From Camelus dromedarius (Eukaryota), in assembly GCF_036321535.1 (NCBI RefSeq), contig NC_087436.1, positions 116,934,001 to 116,998,000 of the forward strand: a stretch of 64,000 nucleotides of DNA, in the 5' to 3' direction. Of this stretch, positions 26,001-37,959 are shown one piece after another (the first letter of the stretch is position 1; each line of letters begins with the position of its first letter). The notes beneath the pieces were generated by a model, which was not told the DNA's origin, did not search any database, and saw only the letters and a list, made by a program, of their open reading frames with translations. The position numbers were made by a program, and so were the translations under genes.

Positions 26001-27059
26001 TCGGTCTGTCAGGCCAGTCACCAGTCCAACCCTTCCCTCAGGTTAGACATTGTAGGCAATGCAGGCAAACCCATTTCACGCGGCCTTCTGACTCAGTCCT
26101 GAAGGTTCAATGGGAAGGCAGCACTTCCCAGCCAGGCTTCACCAGAATCCATGGGGCTACAGAGAGGATACAACTTCACAATGTGGAATAAACTCTTCTC
26201 TCCGCACACGAGCATCACTTGCTCATGTTCAAGTGAATGACAGGTTTGAGAAGCTCAAGGAATGTGCATGAAATTCACCTAAAAACTGAAAGGTGATATT
26301 CTTTATATAATAAACTAATCCTAAGTGAACAGCAACAGAGCAAAGTGTATTCCTGGAAAAAGAGGATGCCCATATGAGTGTTTAACATTAGACATGACTC
26401 ACTGATACGTTGAAACATGCACACAGAAATGGAATCTAAAACCTCAATATCCATTCCACTGCAAGGCAGGAATGAGATATTGTAGATTTCTTCAAGAATA
26501 TTTTTTTCTTGGCCAACGCCTACTGAGTTTTAGATAATATACCAACATGATTTTTCATTCCTGGATGGAAAAAAGTATTTGAAAAGACAAAGCAAAAGCC
26601 CTCATATAAATCAGGGTAAGCAAATACATCTCATTTCTCAGCATTCTAAGGTATTTGATTCTGTCTGATGTTACTGAGAGACAGAGATGGTAGCAAGGGA
26701 ATGGGACTAGAGGTCTATGAAGAACCTCTTCTCAGGAGAGGAACAGATGCCATGGGTACTGGAGACTACAGCTATGGTATATGTATTGACTTGCTAGTAT
26801 GGACCTATGTGTCCCTTTTCTACTAAAAGGAGAACCCAGGAGGGTTGGCATTCTTCTAGAATAGGTGGTGTGTGTAGCAGAGGTAGGGGTGCTCCATAAC
26901 ACATCCTCTAGACCTTGTTCTCAGCACATCTGTGAAGGACAGCACCACACATGCTGCCACATTTCACCTGGCGACCTTGTGATGTGTGTCAGGTTCTGTC
27001 CTAAAGCTTTCTCCCAAGAAAGCTCAAGAGAGCTCAGCACAGGCACAAGGTCCTTGTTA

Positions 27060-27365
27060 GCCATGCAGGAAGGAAATATCTCAACCAGTGAGGTAGATGG
27101 AGTTGGCGGGAGAATCCTTGGACTGCTGCCTTCCAGGGAGGACATCCTGTGATACTTTCCACATGGTTCTTCACAGGGTCCAGTTAGGAATGAGCCATAC
27201 CCAGGGCGGGGTGACAGCTCAATTCTGTGCCTGTTACTGGCTGTTATCCCCTTATAGTCTCATATTCACCTCTATGACCTATGTGCTACCTGGGTAACTT
27301 CCAAATAAAGTATCTGGCCCAAGTCTATAGTCTATTCAGAGTTGAAAGATCCAAACTGAGACATT
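27060..27365 (+). mobile_element. LTR16-like remnant (no MLT1D insertion)
   Basis: 'cctgggtaacttccaaataaagtatctggcccaagtc...ccaaactgagaca' is an uninterrupted LTR16 3' end. Confidence 0.7.
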
Positions 27366-28839
27366 CAGGTTTCACTTTCTATTTAAAAAATGAGGACCGT
27401 TAACTATTCATTCATGTCAACTATTCATTCGTGTAGAGAATCAGGAGGAAGAAAAATGATAGAGATAAAGTTAAAAGGAAATAAAAGGAGACATAACATT
27501 AACTTGGAATCACAGCAAAGAGTAAGACTAATTTTAATCTCCCCTTCCTGTCTGAAACCTGGAAGCATCTCTCAGCTAGACCTGACATCTATCACTCTAA
27601 CTCTGAGCCACTTCTCACTCCATCTGTGTGGCTGGTGTTGAAGCCTATAAAACGTGGGGCAAATGGGAGTGGGTGCACCGGAGGGACCAAACGTACCCCC
27701 TGACTGGTCTTTGATCTGGATGTTTCAGTCTTCTTTGATTTCCAGGAATCTCTTTCCCCCTCAAATGCAGCATAGGACCATAAATGCAAGAGTGGTTTTT
27801 GTTGGGATGTCCCAGCACACTGGATACCTCTTAGGAAATACACCAGCAAGAACACTCCAGGCACACCCCTCTCATTTTTCTCTACTGCTTCCAGTGGTGG
27901 TCACTCAGGCCTCCAGCCTGAGGACACTGAGGGAGGTGAGACCACCACCTTTTAAAAGGCAGGATCTTGACGGTGAAGTATATGTTCTGGTCACACGGCG
28001 TGGGTTAATTACCTGATCCCAGCTAATGAGTCATAGCAAGGAAATCATCTTTGCTCTAGTTGACCCCAAAGGAACACGCATACTGCAAGATGAGCTCAAA
28101 TCCCTATGACTTCCTAAGATCTCCTTCTCAGGCCAGTTCCCTCCAGTCTCCTCCTAGATCAGGCAACATAGCACAGTTAGTAAAGGTGGCTAAAGAGGAA
28201 ACTTAACTGATAAAAGACCCTGCATACTTGTCATCAGATTCCACACACATGTCGTCAGATTTAGGGAGAAATGACATACCCTCCTTTCCCTTTCACAGGA
28301 GGATTCCTGTCCACATAAAAGGAATTTGGTTACCTCAGAGGAACTGCCTTCCCCAAAGGATTCATTCTCAGCTCATCTACAGTATATTCATTCAAGTTCA
28401 GGGGAAGGCCAGAGATGTTGACATCTCTGATCAAGGAAGGATTCTAAGAAACATCCTCATGGCCACGATAAGACCGTAACAGCCAAACACTTCCTCATGG
28501 ACATTATCAGAACTAAATTCTTCATATCCTGTTGGTGGAAGACCATAGTGAGACAGGAGAAAAGTCCCAAAGATAGCTTAAATAATAAATAGCAGGAAAG
28601 GCAAAGCAGCTGCATCAAAATGACAAGAAAAAATGTATATTATTACCGGTGCTAACTTGTCTTTGTAGGAATAGTTGAGATCCCAATAAGGACCTCCTCA
28701 ATCTACGATGGCCTTGAAGGGTAAACTACTAAGTCACATGCCAAGTTAAAAGACCTGTGATGTCCTGGGAAATAGCCACAACTTGGGCGATTCATCCAGG
28801 GGTTGGATGATCACCACCAAATGGCTGGTGCCAGAAAAT

Positions 28840-31590
28840 TCACAGTGTACATCCTGAGGTCCCACCTTTCAATGCTGGGATTATCTAGGAAAGCAGCTAA
28901 CACTTCACTGCTCCAAACAGACCCATGTATGCTGAGCACATGAATCTCTAGATGCTCAGTCGTATTATGCCAATGTAGTACCACACAATCTGTTGAGTGT
29001 TTTCTAAACCTGGATTTTTGCCACTATAATTGGCAGATCATCTTCAATCAGCAAAATGAAGTCAGTCATCCAGGTATGAGTGTTTCCAGAGATTCTCCTA
29101 GAGATATGAGTTAGTGATGAAATACAGGAATTGGGAGTGAGCTTTCTGCTCCCCCATCTTGCTGATGGAAGACCAGCAGCCTTTCATCTCAGCTCTGGAC
29201 AGAGACACAGGGGCTCTCATCTTCCACTGACACAAGTTTCAGAGAGCAAGCATGGATATTGCAACTTCCCAATTAAATTTGACCCTAAGGTTTTCTTCAC
29301 TCTGTCCAAGAGAGGATTAACTTTCCTTCCTGAATATGACAACATCAAGGTGACCAGGTACCAGCAGTAGGACCCAGGAACAGTAGACAAATGAGACAAA
29401 GGTGGGTAGCTGGAGTGAAAGTCTAAACCTGCCCCATACACATCAAGTAACGAGGAGCTGTCAGCAAAGGCCAGTGCAACTGAAGCACCTTGCTAGGAGC
29501 CATCAGGTGTCCACTGAACAGAGCTACCACATGTCCAGACTACGTTACAAAGCCCAGTATTAAAGAAGACTCCAACAGGCTTATAACTATGCTAAGATGT
29601 GAGGAAAATTTCAGAATATACACCAAGAGTCTATTACAAGCTCAGAAATCTGTTCCCCTGGAATCATGAACAACTGGAACTTTTCTTCAACAAAACTGTC
29701 CAGGATGACTTGATATGCCTCCTTCCATAAGACAAATCACAGCACTCCAGACTCACAATGGTTTCAGCCCTCGGGATCAAGTAGCCTCTCTCAATCCACT
29801 GGTTTAATTCTCAGCAGCTTTACTACCCGAGGAACTAAGATGCATGATTCTTCGTACTCCAGAGACTAATGATGTCCCTGATTCACACAGGCTTATGCTC
29901 AGCAGAGCTGCCAGGAGATGCAAACCCTTCACTCTACTGACTGACAAACAGCATGTTCTTTATGAAAAAGTCCTGGTACTGTTCATTTTTCTTTTATCAT
30001 AGTCATTCTTCAGGACCTCAGAAAACCATCATTAAGAATAAATTGGTAAGGGGCTAATGCCCAGCAGGTATGACCAACAGCTTTTTCTCTGGCCCAGAAA
30101 AATGTCTCTGGCTCATCGTTTGGGGGCAAATGCAAGCATTCCTAGTTGTGTGAGATCAGGACTGGGATGGTTTCAGAATTCTCTCCCAGACAAGCCTTAG
30201 CTGCACACAAAGAAACAATGTTGTCCATGATAAGCACTGTCCCCTACCCGTCTGGGACATTCATATTACTATTGGTGACAAAGGCTTTCAGGAAAAGAAA
30301 TTAGAGGGCATATAACTCTAACCTGCTAGCATTTAGTCATTTGCCTCCCCTGGGGAAACTTGAAGGACCACCTGAGACATCCCAGCCTCCTAGGGCTTCC
30401 AAGTACAGTACAAAATGGCATTCAACCCAGGTGGATATACCTAAGTCAGCAAACTGAAACATTTTTAATCTAGAATCTCACTGAATATACACACTCAGGG
30501 AAAAAAGTCACTACAAGAACCTAAAGATTCAAGAAAATTCCTAAAGGTCACCTATTCTAAAGAACACAGAACCTATAATCTATTGAAAGATTAATAGATC
30601 AAGAAATTAAGATATATAGACTCAATATTCTCAAAGACACAGGGGTAGGTATTTCCCAAAGAATATATAGACCCAAAACAGAGATGAAACATTCAGCATA
30701 AATATAATACTATGTAAAAATATATGGGATCAGTAGGAGAATGAATGTAGTTGAAGATCAAAGGAACTCTGAAAGGGCATCGGGAAAGGACAAGGCTAAG
30801 TGAGGAAGACAAAGGGACAAGGCGTTTCATTTCCCTCACCCAGACACCCTCTCTCCAGTGTCCAAAGTGCAAAGCAGTGACTGGGACAGGACATTCATAC
30901 ATTTGTGTTCAGGACCCCACCCAGAGTCACAGACTGTAGTTAACTGTGCTCAGCCAGCTCATCTGACTGGGCTACAGCAGATTTCACTAGGAGTAGCAGG
31001 AGGTAATGGACGGTTCTCTGTATCATTTGTAGAAAATCCATTTCTTTCACTATAGAATGTCACCCTTGCTAATGGGGACGCATCTTTAGGTCTGGATTCT
31101 ATTCAGGCAGCACTAAGGGCGCAATGAAACTGCGCTTGGATATTAGCATTTCTAAAAACTGAAAATGAGACATTTGAATATCCAGCATTTAATTCATGAT
31201 GAAGTCCATCCTAGGGCATGGAGGACCACACAGAATTATGAAACCCTGAGAAAGCTCGTTTATTCTACAACCATTCATGCAGAAGAGCCACAGGACTGGG
31301 TTTATAGATGGAGCAAATTCAGAGGTAAACCATCCATTTTTAGATGAGCAGATAAAAGAGGGAAACACCCAGTCTCAAGGATGAGGTGAGTTCTGTGTCC
31401 CCTGATGAAGGCAGGCACCTGCCACGTAATGTGTCTGGCGGCCAACAAGCTACAGACATTGTCCCCGAACCAGAAGAAAGCATCAGGCAAGGAGTTTTCC
31501 TAGCTGGTCAGGTTCATCAATTCACCTCAGCCAACTGACCAACAGAGAAAGTCAGCGCTGGTTCCCCTAAGAGAACTCACTTGTGTTAAG
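28840..31590 (+). repeat. Core array unit, subtype I
   Basis: Anchors at ~29105, 29750, 30280, 30427, 31283 and 31475. Confidence 0.85.
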
Positions 31591-33983
31591 ACAAGTATAA
31601 AAAGTGAGGAGCGTGAGCATTCAACACCAAGGGGAAAACGCTTCAAATCTGCATTGCTGTAATACACCAATAAAATAGTTAACCCTGAAATGACTTTCTT
31701 TAGAGGCCACGTAAAACATACTTTCAATCGTCACTCAGAGATGATACAGAAAGAATGCTAGGACCATCCAAGGAAGATTCTAAGGACATAGCCTCCTAAC
31801 ATCATAACCACTTGAGATTTTGACTCTGTAAAGAATAAGGTTGAGCATTTAAAAAATACATCCATGGGGTTGTCAGCAATGGTGAATTATTGTTTACCCA
31901 AAGGAAGCAGCTGGAAAATGGACTTTTGAAATGCCTTTCCCTATCAAGGATTCCTGAGTCAGATCTGAAATCCTACAGGTGCCATAGCATCAAAAGGAGA
32001 GGGAAGTTTTGAAGCTAAAATTTTAGGAAGCAGCTCTTTCATAACCTCTTGGGTTGTTACTGCCCTAAGTGATTGCAGAAGAAACACAAAGATAATTCTG
32101 TCTTGAGAATGTTTTCATGTTTCCATTTTCTCTCACCTCCTGCTTCTCCAAAGAGGCCCCCACAGCGCAAATTAAAGGATGATTCAGTTCCTTAGAAATT
32201 TGGGTCCAGGGTCTGCCTCCAGGGCACTAGGCAAGTGATTCAAACACCTATGGACCTTGCAACTCTTGGGCAACTCACTTGTACTTTCTGAGGTTATGAC
32301 AGAAGGCTTCATAAGCATAGCAAGAAGCAAGTGAAAAGTTCCAACTGTATGTTATGCTTAAGGAAATACACTGTCTGAATGTATGTCTTCTTTCTCAATT
32401 GACTTGCAGATGCTGATATATGACTGAGAAATCAGGGCTGATTTATCAAATCATGTAGACCCAAAATATACTCTGAGATTAATGGCCATGGAGAGGACTA
32501 AAGAAAAGTGAGAATGCCCAGCGTTAAGTTCCTGATTGAGTCATTCCTGAAATGTCGCTGACTCTGGGGAGGATCAAGAAACGCTGAAACATATCTCACT
32601 TTCTCACCTAAGACAAGCCTTTACACAGGGAGAACTACAGGGTAAGGCTTTTGGGGAAAATTATCAAAACAGTCACATATTGCTTCTGGAGAAGGCAGCA
32701 CGGGGAAGCTGATCACAAAAGGTGAGAAATTGGCATGAGATTGTTGTCTGGAGGCCAGGAGCCTACAGAACTGTGTGAGTATCAAAGAATGTCATCAAGC
32801 AAAAGTTCCCCTAGGTTTTACACTCAACCTGGGTGGACCACTCTTCAGCAGGACAACAATCTGACACATGTTCTGTGTCGATCTCATTCCCCCAAATACG
32901 TTTTTACGTCACAGTAACAAAACCAATGCCAAAATGAAACCCGCAGGCCACAGAAGGCTGCCACATGGAGGCACCATGACATTAGGATACTGATCTTACG
33001 CCAAGGAAGACGGCACTGTCACAGGATCGGCTTTCAATGACTGAAGAGGCAGCTATCTGAGAGCTCAGGGAGTATGAGCCTTGGGGAAAGACCTGAGTGG
33101 TCCAGGCTCATGATAAATACTACCATGTAACGAACATCCAGGGGGCGTGTCTAGGAATAAATCGGAGCTAAACTCTTCCAGGACGTTGAAAAAGTGTAAA
33201 GTCTCATCTGGATCTTCATAAATACTCTTAGATGGAAAGGATCCCTTCTGACACACCAAGAACAAGAGAATTAGCATTATTCAGATTGCCCTGGGGGTCG
33301 TAGGTCCCTGTAAGACAAGGCACAGGAATGCAGGCTCAGCTGCAGCCTCCTCCTCCAGGCACCTACCCACATATCCTCCTCCTGATCAGGCCGCACAGGG
33401 CAGATTAACTACAGAAGGCCAAAGCAGACGTCCACCCGGGTTGCAAAACAGCACAGACTTGTCAGACGTAGGGCGGAGGCATACAGCCAGTTTTTTCCCT
33501 CGCTGTGTGATGACTGTGCTCATGTACCAGGAAAGAGGTCTCTTCACAAACACTCTCTTCTGCAAAGACAAATGTTTCTCCTCATGTACCTTATATTCAG
33601 CAAGACGGGGGAAGGTAGAAAGAGTAATCGTAAGCTCTGACAAGCAAGGATTCCGAGCACCATCAACCAGTGAGGAGCTGAAAGCATAGAATTCTTCATA
33701 TCCTATTTCAAGGAACACCCTAATAAGACGAGAGATGCCACCAGGGTAATCTCGACAATGAAGAGCAGACAGAATGAAACCTGGGGAGGAAGAGCAGCTA
33801 CACCAACGTTAGGGGAAAACACGACTACCTTGCCATCGTATGAGGGGCTGCATGCCGGGGAAGTGTTCCTTGTGCGGTTGCAGGCACAGACATGACGGTA
33901 GCTCCACCAGGCTCACTCTGCACAGCATCCATAGCTCTGGAAACCCTGGAGCAGATCAGGCTGAGCAGGGCTTTAGCAAAGGG

Positions 33984-34504
33984 TGCAACAGTCTGCTGCT
34001 CTGTTACAAGTTACCACCTGAGTGGCTAAAAACAATGCCTGTTTGTTGTCTTATGAAGACAATAGCTCGGATTCTGGGCACAGCTTCACTGGCATCTCTT
34101 CAGGGTCTCACAAGAGACAAACAGGTCACAGCTGGGCTACTTTTCCAGCTGGAAGCTCGACTCGGCAAGAATCCACTTCCAAGATCCCTCAGTTGTTGGC
34201 AGTGTCCCTTTCCCTGTGACTGTCACGTTGATCAAAGGGGTTGGCTGGGGGGTGGGGTGAAGGAGCGGGAGAATCTTGGTAGACCCTGGAGTCTCTGCCC
34301 TCAGGGAAAACCAAGTGGCTTCCAAAGAACTTCTAAATAAGCCAGGGCCTCACAAGATATTTCCCTATTGACAACTTAGTCACCTGATTTGGGACCCTGT
34401 TTACACCTGGAAAAATCCATCACCCTTGCCATACAAGGTTACCTGATTACAGCCATCTACAGAGGGAAAAGGCTGTGGGGCCATCCTAAAATCCTGCCTA
34501 ACAC
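33984..34504 (-). mobile_element. MLT1E-like MaLR LTR
   Basis: Antisense MLT1 body ('gaatccacttccaagatccctcagttgttggcag') and terminus 'ggggccatcctaaaatcctgcctaacac'. Confidence 0.8.
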
Positions 34505-34699
34505 GGCAGGTGTTTCCTGCCAATGCCATCTTTACTTAGCCAGGGACGTGGTGAAAACCACGCTTTCTGCTCTTTAAGGGAGAGGAACTGGGGCAAGGTA
34601 TGGGATTCAAGAAAGCGGGAACTTCTAAGGCCACATGAGACTGGTTAAGGAGGACGAATTTAGAAGGGAGCTTGCTGATTGAACTGCTGCGCTCCAAAA

Positions 34700-35222
34700 G
34701 GAGAGTTAGAAAACAGAGCCAAAATGTGCCCAGCTGGGCCACACAGCCTTTACTGAAAGTCTTGAAAGCTGTGTTCAGCCAACCCACCTACCCAGATTAG
34801 ACTGCCTGGAGAAATGGTTTCAGCTCTCCATCTTCATCAGCCAGTAACTGAAACACTGCTGCAGCTAGTGGTGAAAGCACTGGCGTGAAATTCAGCAGCG
34901 GCCGTCAGAGGCAGCACCAGGCTGCTCCAGCGGAGGACGGGGTGGTCCCACGGAAAAGCCCTGCTGGCAACGTGCACTCTGTTGGTCCTGGAATTTCCAG
35001 TGCTTATAACCCCGATAGGCTGAGCCTTCTGGTACCTGGAGAGGCTGATGCTTCTATTTGGAATTCATCGCTGGACCCTCTACCTCAGGATGACCCGTGG
35101 ACATGTCTGGGGCTCTCTGAACTTTGTTGGGTCTCCCTTCCCCAAGAAAGATGATCCCAGCACCCTAGGTAATTTCTCTTCTTCAATGTCCCACCTGAGA
35201 GGAGCTGGACCAATGTTCAGGA
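34700..35222 (+). pseudogene. LEUTX: LEUTX-like homeobox pseudogene, copy 3
   Basis: Frames join to CAQLGHTAF / LKVLKAVFSQPTYPD* / LHLHQPV / W*KHWREIQQRPS / AGNVHSVGPGISSAYNPD...VPGEADASIWNSSLDPLPQDDPWTCLGLS / DDPSTL. This gives homeodomain helix 1 with YPD plus the LEUTX C-terminal region. Confidence 0.88.
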
Positions 35223-37284
35223 TGGCGCAGACACAGCTATGCCAATCCTGACATGGGACTGATCAACAGGATGACACTTCCAAACACCTTTAATAGACAC
35301 ACTTGATTTTAGGAATACCAGAGCTCAGAGATTTACCTTCTTCTGTAAGAATTTTTTCAGGTCTTTCCCCATTACCCACATTTTTTTTCTCTTCCCTTTA
35401 AGCGTCATGTTACCCAAATTTATCACAGCCTTCAGGTGATTTCGTATCAATTGCAGAAACCAGATTATTCCCTGGCTTCAAATTTACCCCAGGTTGAGCT
35501 TTGCTCAATGAAAAGCACCCAAACTAAACTCAATAGTTGTCTGTTACAGGAGCAATTGGAAATTAACACAGCATATGTCAAGTTCTCACCTCAGATCCTG
35601 TGGTCGGGAAAATGCATACTAACTCACTGGGGCTTACTTTATATTTCAAGTTGTTCACTATTCTCTCCCTGGCTGCCCTGATCAAAAGAAAAGTCATTAA
35701 AATACTGACATTTGCTTTTAGCATCCCAAACTATAGCATTGAAAGTGTCTTATGAACAGTCTTCATTTACACTTGAAATCTAGAGGCATAAGTGTCTTGA
35801 AAAACTTACATTATTCAACCTTAAGAAAAAGACTTTGAATATCCAAGCTTCTTATAACAGAAACTAAGTGAACTTTAAAAATCTTCCCACAAATTATTCT
35901 CTGTTATAACTCCCTTCTGGATTCTCCAGGAGTTCAGACAAATATACAAAGTGCAAATTATTCCAGTGAGTAAAGAATATCAGAAAATTTCTCTAAATGA
36001 ATCTTTTCCCTGACAACCAAAGTTGCATTTTTTTTTCTGAGAACCAGCTCTGTATCCTCACCCTAGTGCAGTCATCATAAAATCTCTCTGAACCAACTCA
36101 CCAAAAATACATCAAATATAAACCTAAAGGGGCTAAGATCTGAAAAGCAAAACCAGCTGCTGTCTGCACACCACAGAAGGCAGAGCTGCCTCCCACTATG
36201 TTCCACTGGCCTGGCAGGCCCAGGATTCTGTCCCTAATACAATGGGATTTGACTCAGCATCCTGTCCAATGGATTGGAGCACACTGAGCCCCACCTGCTC
36301 ACAGGAGAAGGTGCTGGTGTTGACTGATCAGCACTGTTCCCAGACTTCCTGGGACACACTTCAGTCAATTCAAGAAAGAAAGGCAGAAGCTTCCAGTCTG
36401 TGCTCCTGCATTCTGGCCTTCAGCTCCTCTGGGTAAGTTTCTAAGATGCAGCACCTACCAGTGACTATTCCTAAGAACAGCCAGCGTAGGTTTAAATCTG
36501 TCACCTGGAAGAATGACCTGCTGCTTACAAGGTCAGCTATGACTCCAGGGGTTTAAGTGCTCTGCTCAACAGTCCAGGGGAAAGAAGCAGCATCAAAGAC
36601 AGAGCTGATGCATTTGTAGGGGGTCCAGCTGCACTGACGACATGTCAGCTCCCAGGCATCAGGGAGCAGCGTCCCCTTCTCTCTGGAGTCTACAAGGCAG
36701 AAGTAGGAACACTCAGTTCTTAGAGCTCACTTTGCCTTGGATGTGTCCGGTAAGCAGGGGTCATGTGAGAATTAGGGTGATGTCCTAGCTCTGCGAAAAC
36801 TGGCAAGGCAGCTATTCCTTGTCTAATCATAAAAGAAGGGTTAGATTTCAGGTCTCTCCATATACAGTTATTTCCCAAACCAGGTAGAAATGAAGGTCAG
36901 AGGGAGGAGTGAGGTCAGGACTGGACCTCAGTTCAAACTGGACCCAATCTCTGCCATTGGGCTGCTGAGAATTTCTCCAGCTCCAGGCTGTGAATGATTC
37001 TGCTCACTGGAACAATCTAAAGAAATAACCATGTTGAGGTGAAACTGGAAGAGCTTCTCAGGACAGAGCTGCTCTGTGGGAGCTGGGCAGCGACTATGTC
37101 AGGACCCACCTGGATGCTCCATCAGCCTCTTAACTGCAAGCATTCATTCACGTGGCCCCATGAGATTAAGCCTGTGTTGCCAGAAGTGGCAAAATCTGGA
37201 TATTTTAAGCCCATGATACTGTGGTACCTTTTAATGTAGAATGGTACATCTAATTCTGTTGAAAAATCCTTAAAATACTGAATC

Positions 37285-37959
37285 AGCTTGATAGTTCTCT
37301 CCACATGGACCAATGGCCATCAGCTCAGCCGGGCAGTCATGAGTCCAGTAATGCTAAAGGGCTTTCATCCAGGTAGGCACAGCGCTCACCTCGTGCAGGT
37401 GTATCACCTGTAGCGACCAGAATCACAGCTACGTGTGCCTGTCCCTGGGGACATCACTTTGTACACTGAATGTGGGTGCAAGGGATCCATTCAGATGTGG
37501 GTGTACACATCCTCTGGATCTTCTGGGGTTTGGAGAGGTGTCCAGCAGGCAGAGCTCCATGAGGGTCTTGGCTCAGTCAACCTGAAATGAACTAAGTCTG
37601 ACCCCATGGCTTTGAGCAAACAGAAGAAAGCCAGGATCTCAGATGTTGAGAACACTTAACTTTTAAAGTTTCTACCATCAGTATAATTGTCCCTGTTCCT
37701 TGCTACTGTCTTTTGACAACTAAGTGATGGAGATGAACACAAATTGTCAACTCAGGGGTCCCCACAGCACAGGGTGGGGAAGTACAGACTTTTGGGTTTT
37801 GGGGTTCTGGGTATCCTTTATGGTCCTTGACATGTGGTTCAAATACCTATGGACCTGTATTCTCAGGCAAGTAACCACAACCAATGGAAAAAGGAACCCA
37901 CAGATCAGAGAGACCCTGAGGGTTTCACTCCTTTAAGATACTGAACTTAGTACCAAGAA
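37285..37959 (+). repeat. High-identity duplicate, copy B (partner 7441-8109)
   Basis: About 96% identical to copy A by manual alignment; the flanks are far more diverged. Confidence 0.95.

Noticed and set aside
33840..34340. Longest ORF in the window (166 aa)
   Set aside because: It runs mostly through an antisense MLT1E LTR and has no protein features.
36922..36934. TGGACCTCAGTTC, the reverse complement of the SNORD116 3' end (box D plus terminal stem)
   Set aside because: The match stops after 13 nt, and there is no box C or closing stem at the expected distance.
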